Positions 21,526 through 30,989 of a DNA stretch of 64,000 nucleotides are shown here, one piece after another. Numbering within the stretch: position 1 is the first letter of the stretch; every line of letters starts with the position of its first letter. Below the pieces are notes generated by a model. It saw only the letters and a list, made by a program, of their open reading frames with translations. It made no database searches and had not been told where the DNA came from. The stretch is taken from NCBI GenBank assembly GCA_963748815.1, contig CAVVKJ010000005.1, forward strand, positions 224,001 to 288,000, in the 5' to 3' direction. A program made the position numbers and the translations under genes. Source of the stretch: an uncultured Gemmatimonadales bacterium. GTDB taxonomy: Bacteria; Gemmatimonadota; Gemmatimonadetes; Gemmatimonadales; GWC2-71-9.

Positions 21526-22323
21526 GTGACCCTCGTCCGGGTGGTCCACACCACGGCGCGCCTGGACGCGCTGGCCGGATTGCTCGACGTGGCCACGCGC
21601 GCCGCGCGCGAGTCGGGGGCCGGCGACGAGGGGGAGCACGACGTGCGGCTGGCGGCTGAGGAGGTGCTGATCAACGTGATCAACCATGCGTATCCGGGCG
21701 GGACGCCGGGGCCGCTCGTGTTGCGCGCACGGGTCGAACCGGGGGCGCTCACGCTGACCGTGTTGGATGAGGGCACGCCGTTTGCCCCCGTGCAGGCGCC
21801 GGCGCCGGACCTCGGCTCGGAATGGGCGGACCGGCGGATCGGCGGACTGGGGTGGCACCTGGTCGGGAAGTTGATGGACGAGGTACGGCACCGCGACCGC
21901 GGTGAGCGCGGCAATGAACTGACGATGATCAAGCGATTCGGGCCTGCCGGATCACTTTCTTCCACTACGCTGGGGCAAGGCGCCATGCAAATTGAAGTCG
22001 AACGACGCGGCCAGGTGACGGTCGCCGGAGTCAACGGAAACGTGGACGGGCTGACGTCGGCCGAGTTGAGCCGGGTGCTCGGGGGGGAGGTGGAAGCCGG
22101 CGGACACCAGATGGTGGTGTCGCTGGCGGGGGTGGACTACACCAGCAGTGCGGGCCTCCGGGTCCTGCTGGCGGTGGTCAAGGACGCCCGGAGCCGGGGC
22201 GGTGACGTCCGGCTGGCGGCAGTGCGGGACAATGTGCGCAAGGTCCTCGAACTGAGCGGCTTCACCAGCATCCTCAAACTCTTTCCGGACGTGGACGCCG
22301 CCGTGGCCAGCTTCGGCGGTTAA
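21526..22323 (+). CDS. RsbW-like anti-sigma kinase domain in frame with STAS anti-anti-sigma domain
   Basis: LAAEEVLINVINHAY, DEGTPF, GGLGWHLV (HATPase_c_2); from Met at 21985 STAS with VDYTSSAGLRVL. Confidence 0.85.
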   Translation: MTLVRVVHTTARLDALAGLLDVATRAARESGAGDEGEHDVRLAAEEVLINVINHAYPGGTPGPLVLRARVEPGALTLTVLDEGTPFAPVQAPAPDLGSEWADRRIGGLGWHLVGKLMDEVRHRDRGERGNELTMIKRFGPAGSLSSTTLGQGAMQIEVERRGQVTVAGVNGNVDGLTSAELSRVLGGEVEAGGHQMVVSLAGVDYTSSAGLRVLLAVVKDARSRGGDVRLAAVRDNVRKVLELSGFTSILKLFPDVDAAVASFGG

Positions 22324-23561
22324 CTCCGCTCGGGCAGGCGGCGCACGGCGAGCAGGGTGATGTCATCCGACTGCTCGGCGCCGCCCGCCCATCGATCCAC
22401 CGCCGCGACCAGTCCGTCCAGCAGGGCGTCCGCAGACGCCGCAGGGGCCAGCGCCGTCTCCACGGCCCGATCCTCCCCGAACAACTCCTCCCCGGCGTCG
22501 GTGCGGGCCTCGGTGACGCCGTCGGTCCACGCGACGAGCGTCTCGCCCGGGGCGAGCGTCGCCTGCCCCACGGCGAACGGCAGCCCCGGCATGAGGCCCA
22601 GCGCCGGCCCGGTGGGCGGGAGTGGCCGCACGCCGGCGGGACCGACGATGACCGGCGGTTCCTGTCCCGCGTTGATGTACTGGACGACGCCGCTCTCGCC
22701 ATCCACGACCGCGAAAAAGACGGTGGCGAACATATTTGAGCTGCTGTGGGTCCCGGCTACATAGTCGTTGACGAGGGTGACGGTCCGGCGCAGGTGATTG
22801 GTCACGGCGGTCGCGCGCGGCCCGGTCTCGCGGCGCCGCTCCCGGCTGGTGCCGCGATCGCTCCAGCGGACGCCGTCGGATTGCTCCGCGAGCGCGCGGA
22901 GCAGGCTTCGAAAGAGCGCCATGAAGAGGGCGGCGCCGACGCCCTTGTCGCAGACATCACCGATCGCTACCACCACTTCATTTTCGCCGGCCAGGGGGAA
23001 GAGGTCGTAAAAGTCCCCGCCGACCAGCTTGGCCGAGCGCAACCGCGCCGCAAACTCGAACCCGGGCATCGCCGGCAGCGTGGCCGGAAGAAAGTGCGCC
23101 TGGATCTCGCGACCGATCTCGAGCTCCCGCACGAGGCTCCGTTGGTACAGTTGTTCGCGCTCGTGGAGGCGCTTGCGGGCCAGCGAGGCGCCGAGTCGCG
23201 CCTGGAGGATGAGCGGGTCGAAGGGCTTCGGCAGGTAGTCGTCGGCGCCGAGCTCGATGCAGCGCGCGATACTCTCCTTTTCGTCGATGGCCGAGATCAT
23301 GATGACCGGGATCTGGCGGAGCCGCTCATCGGCCGCGAGCGCTTCGAGCACCTCGTACCCGTTCATGTTGGGCATCATGATGTCGAGCAGGACCACGTCC
23401 ACCGGCTGGGCGCGCAGCACCTCGAGCGCGCGGACCCCGTCCTCGGCCATCAGCACCTGATGGCCGAGCCGGCGGACCCGCCGGGCCAGGAGGTCGCGGT
23501 TCATCTCGACGTCGTCCACGACGAGCACCTGGGCCGGGGCGTCGGGGGTGGGGTGACTCAC
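22320..23561 (-). CDS. REC + SpoIIE/PP2C (RsbU-like) phosphatase
   Basis: VLVVDD, LLDIMMP; VGGDFYD, IGDVCDKGVGAALFM, YINAGQ, WTDGVTEA, QSDDITLL. Confidence 0.93.
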   Translation of the reverse strand: MSHPTPDAPAQVLVVDDVEMNRDLLARRVRRLGHQVLMAEDGVRALEVLRAQPVDVVLLDIMMPNMNGYEVLEALAADERLRQIPVIMISAIDEKESIARCIELGADDYLPKPFDPLILQARLGASLARKRLHEREQLYQRSLVRELEIGREIQAHFLPATLPAMPGFEFAARLRSAKLVGGDFYDLFPLAGENEVVVAIGDVCDKGVGAALFMALFRSLLRALAEQSDGVRWSDRGTSRERRRETGPRATAVTNHLRRTVTLVNDYVAGTHSSSNMFATVFFAVVDGESGVVQYINAGQEPPVIVGPAGVRPLPPTGPALGLMPGLPFAVGQATLAPGETLVAWTDGVTEARTDAGEELFGEDRAVETALAPAASADALLDGLVAAVDRWAGGAEQSDDITLLAVRRLPERS

Positions 23562-24418
23562 GCGGGCACCTCCGCCAGCAGCTTCCGGATGTACGGGATG
23601 TGCGGCATCGCGGCCCGCCGGCCCTCCTCGATGACGTAGGGAATCTTCGAGGTGTCGAAGATACCCACCGGCTGCCTGAACTCCGGCAGCACCGGAATCA
23701 CCTCGGTGAAGTGCGTCAGATTGTGAAAGGCGAACCGCGAGCGGAGGAGGTTGTTGGACATGATGCCCGTCAGCTGCAGCCCGAGGCGCATCGGGCTGGT
23801 GAAGCGGCGGAGACTGGGGCTCTCAAACCCCATCGCGAGGATGATCCCGGCCCGCTCCTGGATGGCCACGTTGACCGGGAGGGGGTCCGACAGGAAGCCG
23901 TCCATCAGGAGGTGCTCCCCGATGCGCTTCGGCGCGAAGACGAACGGGATCGCCACGCTCGCCCGCATCGCCTCCCAGAGCAGCCCTTCCGCAAGGACGA
24001 TCTGGCTCCCGGTGTGGAAGTCGGTGGCCGTGATGTAGAGCGGAATCCTGGTGTCCTCGAAGGTGCGGGCGCCGAAGGCGGCCGCGAGCCGCGCGTTGAG
24101 CAGGCGGTCGTCGCGGAATGAAAAGTCGGTCGAAAAGCCGAAGAGGCGCGGGAAGGCAGCCTTGAGGAGGGCCATTCGCCGCGGGCGAGAGGTGGTCTCG
24201 CGGGTCCAGAGCCGCATAGTCAGGTCGATGGTCTCGCCGACGCTCCACCCGAGCGCCGCCGCCGCCGCGTAGAGCGACCCGCCGCTGCATCCGACCACCA
24301 GGTCGACCTCGATGCCTTCGTCACGGAGCGCCTGCTGCAGTCCCAGGGCGGCCGCGCACTTGACGCCGCCGGAGCCGATCACAAGCGCGATGCGGCTGCG
24401 CGGTGGGTCATAGGTCAT
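23558..24418 (-). CDS. Patatin-like phospholipase
   Basis: ALVIGSGG, GCSGG nucleophile, RASVAIP, DGF. Confidence 0.88.
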   Translation of the reverse strand: MTYDPPRSRIALVIGSGGVKCAAALGLQQALRDEGIEVDLVVGCSGGSLYAAAAALGWSVGETIDLTMRLWTRETTSRPRRMALLKAAFPRLFGFSTDFSFRDDRLLNARLAAAFGARTFEDTRIPLYITATDFHTGSQIVLAEGLLWEAMRASVAIPFVFAPKRIGEHLLMDGFLSDPLPVNVAIQERAGIILAMGFESPSLRRFTSPMRLGLQLTGIMSNNLLRSRFAFHNLTHFTEVIPVLPEFRQPVGIFDTSKIPYVIEEGRRAAMPHIPYIRKLLAEVPA

Positions 24419-24461
24419 GTCGGGAAGGATGCGGTCGGCCGGGCTGCCGCGCAACCGATGC

Positions 24462-25298
24462 TCAGGGGAGAAATGCGTCGAGCAGGCGCCGGAATTCATC
24501 GTGGGCCTCAACGTACGGCACGTGACCGCAGCGCTCGAGGAGGTGGAACGGCGCGCCGAGCGCATCCGCGACGGCGCGGGCCGACGCCGCCGGGATCGGG
24601 TCGTCGTCGCCGTGCAGGACGATTGCAGGGAGGCGCAACCGGGCCAAGGCTGGGCGCAGGTCGAAGTCGCCCAGGCTGTCCCACACCTCCTGCTGGGTGC
24701 GGCCGGTCACGCGAAACGGGGTGAGCCCCGCCACCTTCGCGGGATCGTGGAAGTACCCGGCCACCGAGAGTTCGAACACCCGGCGCTGGTAGGCCTCGGC
24801 GTCGCGCTCCCGCAGGCCGCTGGCGCGAAGGGCGGCGCGCGCCTCCTGGAGGGCGGGGGCCATGGTGCGGGCGGAGAGCCGGCTTTCAAACTCGGCGCGC
24901 GCCGCCCGCCACGCCGGCGCGGGCGACACCAGGGCGAGCCGTTCCACGCGCTCGGGATGTTCCGTGGCGTAGAGGAGCGCGAGGAGGCCGCCCCAGGAAT
25001 ACCCCGCCAGCGTCAGCCGATCGATTCCCCAGAGTTGCCGCAACGCCTCGAGGTCCGCCACCTGTTCGCGCCAGCCGACGGGCACCTCGCGCGGAACCGC
25101 GGACCGGCCGCCGCCCCGCTGATCGTAGTAGACCAGCGTCCGGCCGGTGGCCAGCGCATCGAAACCCGGGAGGAGATAGTCGTGGTGCGCGCCGGGTCCG
25201 CCGTGCAGCACGACGGTGGCGGGGCCAACGCCCACCCGGCGCTCAAAAAGCGACACTCCACGCACCTCACGGGTGCAGGTCTCAGGCGGTGGCGGCAC
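24462..25298 (-). CDS. Alpha/beta hydrolase (proline iminopeptidase-like)
   Basis: LHGGPG, YDQRGGGRS, GYSWGG, HGDDD, CGHVP. Confidence 0.88.
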   Translation of the reverse strand: MPPPPETCTREVRGVSLFERRVGVGPATVVLHGGPGAHHDYLLPGFDALATGRTLVYYDQRGGGRSAVPREVPVGWREQVADLEALRQLWGIDRLTLAGYSWGGLLALLYATEHPERVERLALVSPAPAWRAARAEFESRLSARTMAPALQEARAALRASGLRERDAEAYQRRVFELSVAGYFHDPAKVAGLTPFRVTGRTQQEVWDSLGDFDLRPALARLRLPAIVLHGDDDPIPAASARAVADALGAPFHLLERCGHVPYVEAHDEFRRLLDAFLP

Positions 25299-26181
25299 GG
25301 AGTTCCTCCACCGTGTTTGCGTGGATCGTCACGATATCCTCGATCCGCTCGGCGTAGCCCCCGGCGAGCGTGACGGCCACCGGCAGCGCGCGCCGGGCGC
25401 AGGCCGCAAAGACGCGGCGGTCCCGGGCCCGCAGGCCTTCCACCGACAGCGTGAGGCGGCCGAACCGGTCGCCGCCGAACGGGTCGGCGCCGGCCAGGTA
25501 GAAGACGAGGTCGGGCGCGGCGTCGTCGAGCACCTCGTCGAGGTGCGTCTCCAGCGTCGCGAGGTAGGCGGCGTCGCCGGTACCATCGGGGAGCTCGACA
25601 TCGAGCCGGCTTCGCTCACGGTGAAAGGGATAGTTCCGTTCGCCGTGCATCGAGAAGGTATGGACGTCCTCGTCGCCCTCGAAGATCCGTGCCGTGCCGT
25701 TCCCCTGGTGCACGTCGAGGTCGATCACCGCCACGCGCCGGATCTGCCCTTCGCGCTGGAGCACCCGGGTCGCCACGGCGACGTCGTTGAAGACGCAGAA
25801 CCCCTCGCCCCGTTCGGCGAAGGCGTGATGAGTGCCGCCGGCGAGGTTGAGGCCGGCCCCCGTCGCCAGCGCGTCCCGCGCGGCCTCGACGGTGCCCTGC
25901 ACCGTCCGGAACGATCGCTCCCGGAGGCCGGGCCCCCACGGAAAGCCGAGGCGGCGGACGGCCGGCTCCGACAGCGTGCCGTCCTCGATGGCGGCGACGT
26001 AGTCGTCGGTATGCACGAGGGCGAGCGCGGTGCGCTCGATGCGGTCCGGTTCGTGGATCGACTCGGCGGGGAGGAGGCCGCGCGCCACGACGCCGTCGCG
26101 CACCGCCTGGTACTTGGCGATCGGAAAACGGTGGCCGGGAGGAAGGGCGACGGAAAAGCGGGAGGAGGACCAGGCTCTCAC
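25282..26181 (-). CDS. Histone deacetylase-family protein
   Basis: HRFPIAKY, AGGTHHA, GFCVFND, IDLDVHQGNGT, GADP, LAGGY; GTG overlaps GAF stop. Confidence 0.92.
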   Translation of the reverse strand: MRAWSSSRFSVALPPGHRFPIAKYQAVRDGVVARGLLPAESIHEPDRIERTALALVHTDDYVAAIEDGTLSEPAVRRLGFPWGPGLRERSFRTVQGTVEAARDALATGAGLNLAGGTHHAFAERGEGFCVFNDVAVATRVLQREGQIRRVAVIDLDVHQGNGTARIFEGDEDVHTFSMHGERNYPFHRERSRLDVELPDGTGDAAYLATLETHLDEVLDDAAPDLVFYLAGADPFGGDRFGRLTLSVEGLRARDRRVFAACARRALPVAVTLAGGYAERIEDIVTIHANTVEELRAATA

Positions 26182-26639
26182 AGGAGGACGGCGAGGGCGT
26201 CCGCCACCTGGCGGACGGCTGCTTCCTCCGCCGGTGTGAAGGGGTTGGGCACGTCGCTGTCCACGTCGATCTGGCCGAGGATGGCGGCGCCGCGCCGGAT
26301 CAGCACCACGAGTTCCGAGCGGGTCTCGAGATTGCAGGCGAGGTAGTTCCCGATGGCGCGCACATCGCCGACGTTCTGGTCCTGCCCGGTGGCCACCGCC
26401 GTGCCGCACACGCCCTTGCCCACGGGAATGCGGGTGTGGTCAGTCTCCCGGCCGCTCCAGGCCTCGAGCACCAGCTCGGGGCCGTGAAGCATGTACAGAT
26501 AGACCGAGGTGTACGGGGGGCCGGCGTCACGAATCCGGTCGGCGGCGAGCTGCAGGAGCCCTTGCCGACCGGTGTCGTGCGTGAACGCGCCGCGCAGCGC
26601 GGCGACCACGCGGTCCGCGTCCAGGGCCGTCCCGCTCAT
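26178..26639 (-). CDS. GAF-domain protein, free methionine-R-sulfoxide reductase (MsrC)-like
   Basis: RIPVGKGVCGTA, YLAC...SELVV, QIDVDS. Confidence 0.75.
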   Translation of the reverse strand: MSGTALDADRVVAALRGAFTHDTGRQGLLQLAADRIRDAGPPYTSVYLYMLHGPELVLEAWSGRETDHTRIPVGKGVCGTAVATGQDQNVGDVRAIGNYLACNLETRSELVVLIRRGAAILGQIDVDSDVPNPFTPAEEAAVRQVADALAVLL

Positions 26640-27928
26640 CCGCCGCGCTTGCCCAGGGTGACGTCGAGGCCGATCGTCTTGCCGTCGCGCACGACGACGA
26701 TGACGACCTTGTCCCCTGGCTTGTAGGCCCGGAGCGCGTCCGTCATCCCCGCGAGGTCGGCGACGTCGTAGTCCCCGATCTTCGTGATCATGTCACCGCC
26801 CTGCATGCCGGCGACCTCTGCTGGGCTTCCCTTCGACACGCCGGTGATGCGGACGCCGCCACTCTCGCCGGAGGCCATGTCCGGGACGGTGCCGAGGTAC
26901 GCGCCGTAGCCTGGCGTGGCCGCGGCGCCGCCCTTGGGCGCCGGCGGGGGCACGTCGACGAAGGTCAAACGCGAGGGCCGGTTGCCAAGCGCCGTCGCCA
27001 TGGCCGCCGCGTAGTCCGCGATGCGCACGAGGCCCTGGGCGTTGATCTTGTCCCAGTCGTCGGTGCTGCGGTGGTAGTCGCCGTGCAGGTCCGAGAAGTA
27101 GTGGAGCACGGGAATCTTGGCGGCGTAGAACGATGTCTGGTCGCTCGGGCCGTAGCCCTCGGGCTGCGGACGGAGGTCGAACTTCGCGTACCAGTTGAGC
27201 GAGTCGAGGAGCGCCGGGAATTCCGTGGCGGTGCCGGTGCCGTACACGATGAGCTTGTCGTTGTTCAGGCGGCCCACCATGTCGAGGTTGATCATCGCCT
27301 CGGTGGCGCTGAGCGGGTAGATCGGGTGCTTCACGTAGTGGTCGGAGCCGAGCAGGCCGAGTTCCTCGCCGCTGAAGGCAATGAAGACGATCGTCCGGGC
27401 GGTCGGCGCGGCTTGGAGGCGCGTCGCGATGGCCAGCAGCGCGGCGGTGCCGGAGGCGTTGTCGTCGGCGCCGTTGTGCACCCGGCCGGTGCTGTCGGGA
27501 TCGAGGGCACCGAACCCGCCGAGTCCGAGGTGGTCATAGTGGGCGCCGACGATGACGGTCTCGTTGCGGAGCGCCGGGTCCCGTCCCGGAATGATTCCGA
27601 TGACGTTCTTGCCGTTCAGGTCGCCGAGATTGGCATGCTGGACCGCAGGGGCGTCCTTGGAGACGGTGAAGGGCTGGAACCAGCCGCCGGGGGGCGGCTG
27701 CAGCCCGATCTGCGCGAACCGGCGCGCGACATACGCGGCGGCCGAGTCGGCGCCGGCGGATCCGGTGAGGCGTCCGCCGAGTTCATCGGCGGCGAGGACC
27801 TTGACGTCGGTCTGGGCGCGCTTGGCGGCCTGGTCGAGGGAAGGAACGGCGGCTTGGGCGGCCAATGGGGCGGCCAGCAGGGCGCCGAGAAGGACACCGA
27901 GGAGCGGACGAACGAATGGGCGGGTCAC
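26636..27928 (-). CDS. M28-family peptidase with C-terminal PDZ domain
   Basis: VGAHYDHLG, NGADDNASG, FSGEELGLLGS, PSDQ, DYHR; PDZ YLGTVPD...GSPAEVAGMQGGD. Confidence 0.92.
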   Translation of the reverse strand: MTRPFVRPLLGVLLGALLAAPLAAQAAVPSLDQAAKRAQTDVKVLAADELGGRLTGSAGADSAAAYVARRFAQIGLQPPPGGWFQPFTVSKDAPAVQHANLGDLNGKNVIGIIPGRDPALRNETVIVGAHYDHLGLGGFGALDPDSTGRVHNGADDNASGTAALLAIATRLQAAPTARTIVFIAFSGEELGLLGSDHYVKHPIYPLSATEAMINLDMVGRLNNDKLIVYGTGTATEFPALLDSLNWYAKFDLRPQPEGYGPSDQTSFYAAKIPVLHYFSDLHGDYHRSTDDWDKINAQGLVRIADYAAAMATALGNRPSRLTFVDVPPPAPKGGAAATPGYGAYLGTVPDMASGESGGVRITGVSKGSPAEVAGMQGGDMITKIGDYDVADLAGMTDALRAYKPGDKVVIVVVRDGKTIGLDVTLGKRGG

Positions 27929-28049
27929 GAGAGGCTCGAAGGTTGAAAACCGGCAGGGTTGCCGGGCTTGGGTGAACACCTAAGATTCTAACCCCGGAGA
28001 GGGCCTGCCCCAAGGCATCACCCGACCCGCCTCCCACCCCCGGAGTCCC

Positions 28050-28619
28050 GTGAACGCTCGCCTGCTTGCGCTGCTCCCCGCCGCCATCGCCATCAACCTG
28101 GTCGTCGGCGGGCTCGTCAACGCGTTGGGGCTGCCGCTCTACCTCGATTCCATCGGGACGATTCTCGCCACCGTGCTGGCGGGTCCGGCGGTCGGAATCC
28201 TCGTCGGCGCGATCGGGCAGGTGCTCTTCGGGCTGATCAACGGCTATCAGTGGATTCCGTTCGGCCTCATCCAGGTGGTGATCGCCGTCCTCGCCGGTGT
28301 CGCCGCTTCCCGGGCCGGGTTTCGCTCCACCGGACGCAGCGTATCCTGGGGGCTCCTCACCGGGCTGGTGGCGGGCGGCCTCTCCTCCGTCATCAGTTAT
28401 GTGCTGTTCCAGGGGGTCACCGCGACGGGGACCACCGCGGTAGTGACGCTGCTGCGGCAGTTCGGCGTCTCGCTTCCGGTCGCGGTCACCGCCTCGAGCC
28501 TGACGCTCGACCTGGCGGACAAGGCGGTCGCGTTCGTGGTCGTCGGCGCCCTGGTGCGGTCGCTCCCGAACCGGATGATCGGCCGGTTTCCCCGTGCCGC
28601 GCGGGCCGTCGGTCGGTGA
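28050..28619 (+). CDS. ECF transporter substrate-binding S component
   Basis: AIAINLV, LPLYLDSIGTILATVLAGP, DKA motif; hydrophobic, 189 aa. Confidence 0.85.
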   Translation: MNARLLALLPAAIAINLVVGGLVNALGLPLYLDSIGTILATVLAGPAVGILVGAIGQVLFGLINGYQWIPFGLIQVVIAVLAGVAASRAGFRSTGRSVSWGLLTGLVAGGLSSVISYVLFQGVTATGTTAVVTLLRQFGVSLPVAVTASSLTLDLADKAVAFVVVGALVRSLPNRMIGRFPRAARAVGR

Positions 28620-29359
28620 CGGCTGCTCCCGGCACGCCGACGGCCCGATGGCATCCCTTCACCCCGCTCGTGCTCACGTTGTGCGTCGCCGTCGTCGCGG
28701 TGGCGGCCCCGGGACCGCGGATGGCCGTCGCCGTGTATGCCGGAACGGCCGTCGCCGTCGTCGTGGCCGGGGTCGGACGCGCCACGCTCCGCGCGCTGAT
28801 CCCACTCGCACCGCTCTGGCTCTTCCTCTTCCTGCTGCACGGCGTCTTCGGCGAAGGTGACCGGGTCATCGTGGCGGGAGCCTCCCTTTCCCGCGATGGC
28901 CTCACCCTGGCGGCCACGCAGGCCGCCCGGCTCGGCGCCATCGCCACCGCGTCGCTGGCCCTCTACGCCTCGTTTTCTCCCTCCCGGTTCGTGGACGCGG
29001 TGGCCGATCGCGGGTGGCCCTTCGCCTGGGCATATCTCGTCGTGGCCACGCTGCTGGCGCTGCCGCGCTTTCGGGCGCGGGCCTCGGCCATCCTGGACGC
29101 CCAGCGCAGCCGGGGACTTCGCTTGCGCGGGAGCCCGCTCAACCGCCTGCGGGCGATCGGCCCGGTGACCTTTCCCCTCCTGCTCGGCGCGCTCGCGGAG
29201 GTGGACGAGCGCGGTTTTGCGTTGGAGACCCGGTGTGCCAGCGGCGTCGCGCGGCGGACACCGCTCGATCCGCCGCAGGACAGCGTGGGCGATCACGCCG
29301 CGCGATGGCTGGCGGGCGCCGGCGCGCTGGCGGCGGTGCTCTGGCGGGTGCTCGGGTGA
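28616..29359 (+). CDS. ECF transporter T component (CbiQ/EcfT)
   Basis: WHPFTPL start, coupling helices AQRSRG and ALETR; GTGA overlaps. Confidence 0.85.
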   Translation: MTAAPGTPTARWHPFTPLVLTLCVAVVAVAAPGPRMAVAVYAGTAVAVVVAGVGRATLRALIPLAPLWLFLFLLHGVFGEGDRVIVAGASLSRDGLTLAATQAARLGAIATASLALYASFSPSRFVDAVADRGWPFAWAYLVVATLLALPRFRARASAILDAQRSRGLRLRGSPLNRLRAIGPVTFPLLLGALAEVDERGFALETRCASGVARRTPLDPPQDSVGDHAARWLAGAGALAAVLWRVLG

Positions 29360-30183
29360 GCGCGCTTCACTTCGACGACGTCGGCTTCACCTACCCCGGG
29401 GCGCCGACTCCGGCGCTCCGGCACTGTTCTTTCCGCGCCGAGGCGGGCAGCGTCACCTGGCTCACCGGCGCGCTCGGCGCGGGCACCAGCACGGCGTTGC
29501 TCGCCGGGGCGGGGTTGGCCCCGCGCCACACCGGAGGAATCCGGAGCGGCGTCGTGCGGACGCTGGGAGTCGATCCAGCGGAGATGGCAGAAGTCGCGGG
29601 GCTCGGGGGGCGGGTGGCGCTGGTGCTTGCCACGCCGGCGAGCCAGCTCTCCGGCATCGCGGAGACGGTGGCGGAAGAAGTCGCCTTCGCCCCCGCCAAC
29701 CTCGGATGGCCTCGTCAGCGGATACACGCCCGGGTCGCCGACGCGATGGCCGCGCTTGACATTGCGCATCTCGCCGGCCGGGATCCCGGCACCCTGTCGG
29801 GAGGCGAAATGCAGCGTGCGGTGATTGCCGCGATGCTGGTGCTCGAGCCGGAGCTCTGGCTGCTCGACGAACCGGCGTCGGCGCTCGACGCGGCTGGCAG
29901 GGCGCTGCTTCTCGACTTGCTTCGGAGCGAGGCGGTACGGGGGGCGGCGGTGGTCGTCGCGAGCGAGGACGCGGACGGATTGCACGCGGTGGCGGACCAC
30001 GTGATCGTCTTCGCCGACGGGTCTCCCGTCCTGGACGGGGCGCCGCGGGACCTGCTCCGGGGCGACTCGATCTGGGAGGTCGGGGCTGCCTCGACGACGA
30101 TCGCCGGGCTGAGCCGTGCCGCCGGAGAGTCGCCGCCGCACCCGCTGACCGTGGATGAGGGGGTGCAGCGATGGGCGCGTTGA
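29356..30183 (+). CDS. ECF transporter ATPase A (degenerate Walker A)
   Basis: FTYPG, GALGAGTST, TVAEEVAF, LSGGEMQR, LLDEP. Confidence 0.85.
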   Translation: MSALHFDDVGFTYPGAPTPALRHCSFRAEAGSVTWLTGALGAGTSTALLAGAGLAPRHTGGIRSGVVRTLGVDPAEMAEVAGLGGRVALVLATPASQLSGIAETVAEEVAFAPANLGWPRQRIHARVADAMAALDIAHLAGRDPGTLSGGEMQRAVIAAMLVLEPELWLLDEPASALDAAGRALLLDLLRSEAVRGAAVVVASEDADGLHAVADHVIVFADGSPVLDGAPRDLLRGDSIWEVGAASTTIAGLSRAAGESPPHPLTVDEGVQRWAR

Positions 30184-30989
30184 TCCCCCTGGTGTTCGAC
30201 GGGGTCCGGTTTGCCTACGCGCGTGATCCGGTGCTGGACGGTGTGTCACTACAGATCGCGGAGGGCGAAGGCGTCGCCTTGCTCGGCGCCAACGGCGCGG
30301 GCAAGACCACCCTCACCCGCCTCGCCATGGCGCTTCTCCATCCAGCTGCGGGGCGGGTGATCACCGCGGGCCGCGACACCGCCGGCCGTCGCCCCGAGGA
30401 CCTGGCGGAGTCGGTCGGGTACCTCTTCCAGCATCCGGAGGCCCAGCTCTTCGCGCGGAGCGTGCGCGCCGAGGTGGCGTTCGGGCCGGAGCGCCTTGGC
30501 TGGTCCCCCGCGCGGATCGACGTGGCCGTCGATTCGATCCTCGATGAGCTGGGGCTCTCGGATCGGGCCGACCACCACCCCTACGACCTGCCGCAGCCGA
30601 CGCGCCGATTGGTCGCCCTCGCGGCGGCGCTGGTCGCCGATCCGCGGCTGCTGATTCTCGACGAGCCGACGGCGGGCCTCGACCGTGCGGCGCGGGGGCG
30701 CGTGGCAGGGGTGGTGCTCGCCCGGCGGGCGGCGGGCACCGCCGTGCTGGCGGTCACCCACGATCTCGCTTTCGCCGCCGGCGTGCTCGACCGGGCGGTC
30801 GTCCTGGAGGGAAAGCGGATGGCACTGGACCTCCCGATCCCAGAACTGCTCGGGAGCCATGCCGACTTTCCGGCGCCACCGCTGATGGAATTGGCGCGGC
30901 GGCTCGGCCTCGGCGGCGTCCGTCCGGCCATTGAATCGCTGGCTCCGCTCTTGACTTCTCACCCCAAGACCGGGACGCTTGAGGCATGA
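30171..30989 (+). CDS. ECF transporter ATPase A' (degenerate signature)
   Basis: GANGAGKTT, VGYLFQHPEAQLF, HPYDLPQPTRR, ILDEPTAGLD, VTHD. Confidence 0.88.
   Translation: MGALIPLVFDGVRFAYARDPVLDGVSLQIAEGEGVALLGANGAGKTTLTRLAMALLHPAAGRVITAGRDTAGRRPEDLAESVGYLFQHPEAQLFARSVRAEVAFGPERLGWSPARIDVAVDSILDELGLSDRADHHPYDLPQPTRRLVALAAALVADPRLLILDEPTAGLDRAARGRVAGVVLARRAAGTAVLAVTHDLAFAAGVLDRAVVLEGKRMALDLPIPELLGSHADFPAPPLMELARRLGLGGVRPAIESLAPLLTSHPKTGTLEA

Noticed and set aside
23558..24418. Patatin as a CBASS/anti-phage effector
   Set aside because: No CD-NTase or other defence genes nearby; resembles ordinary RssA-type patatins
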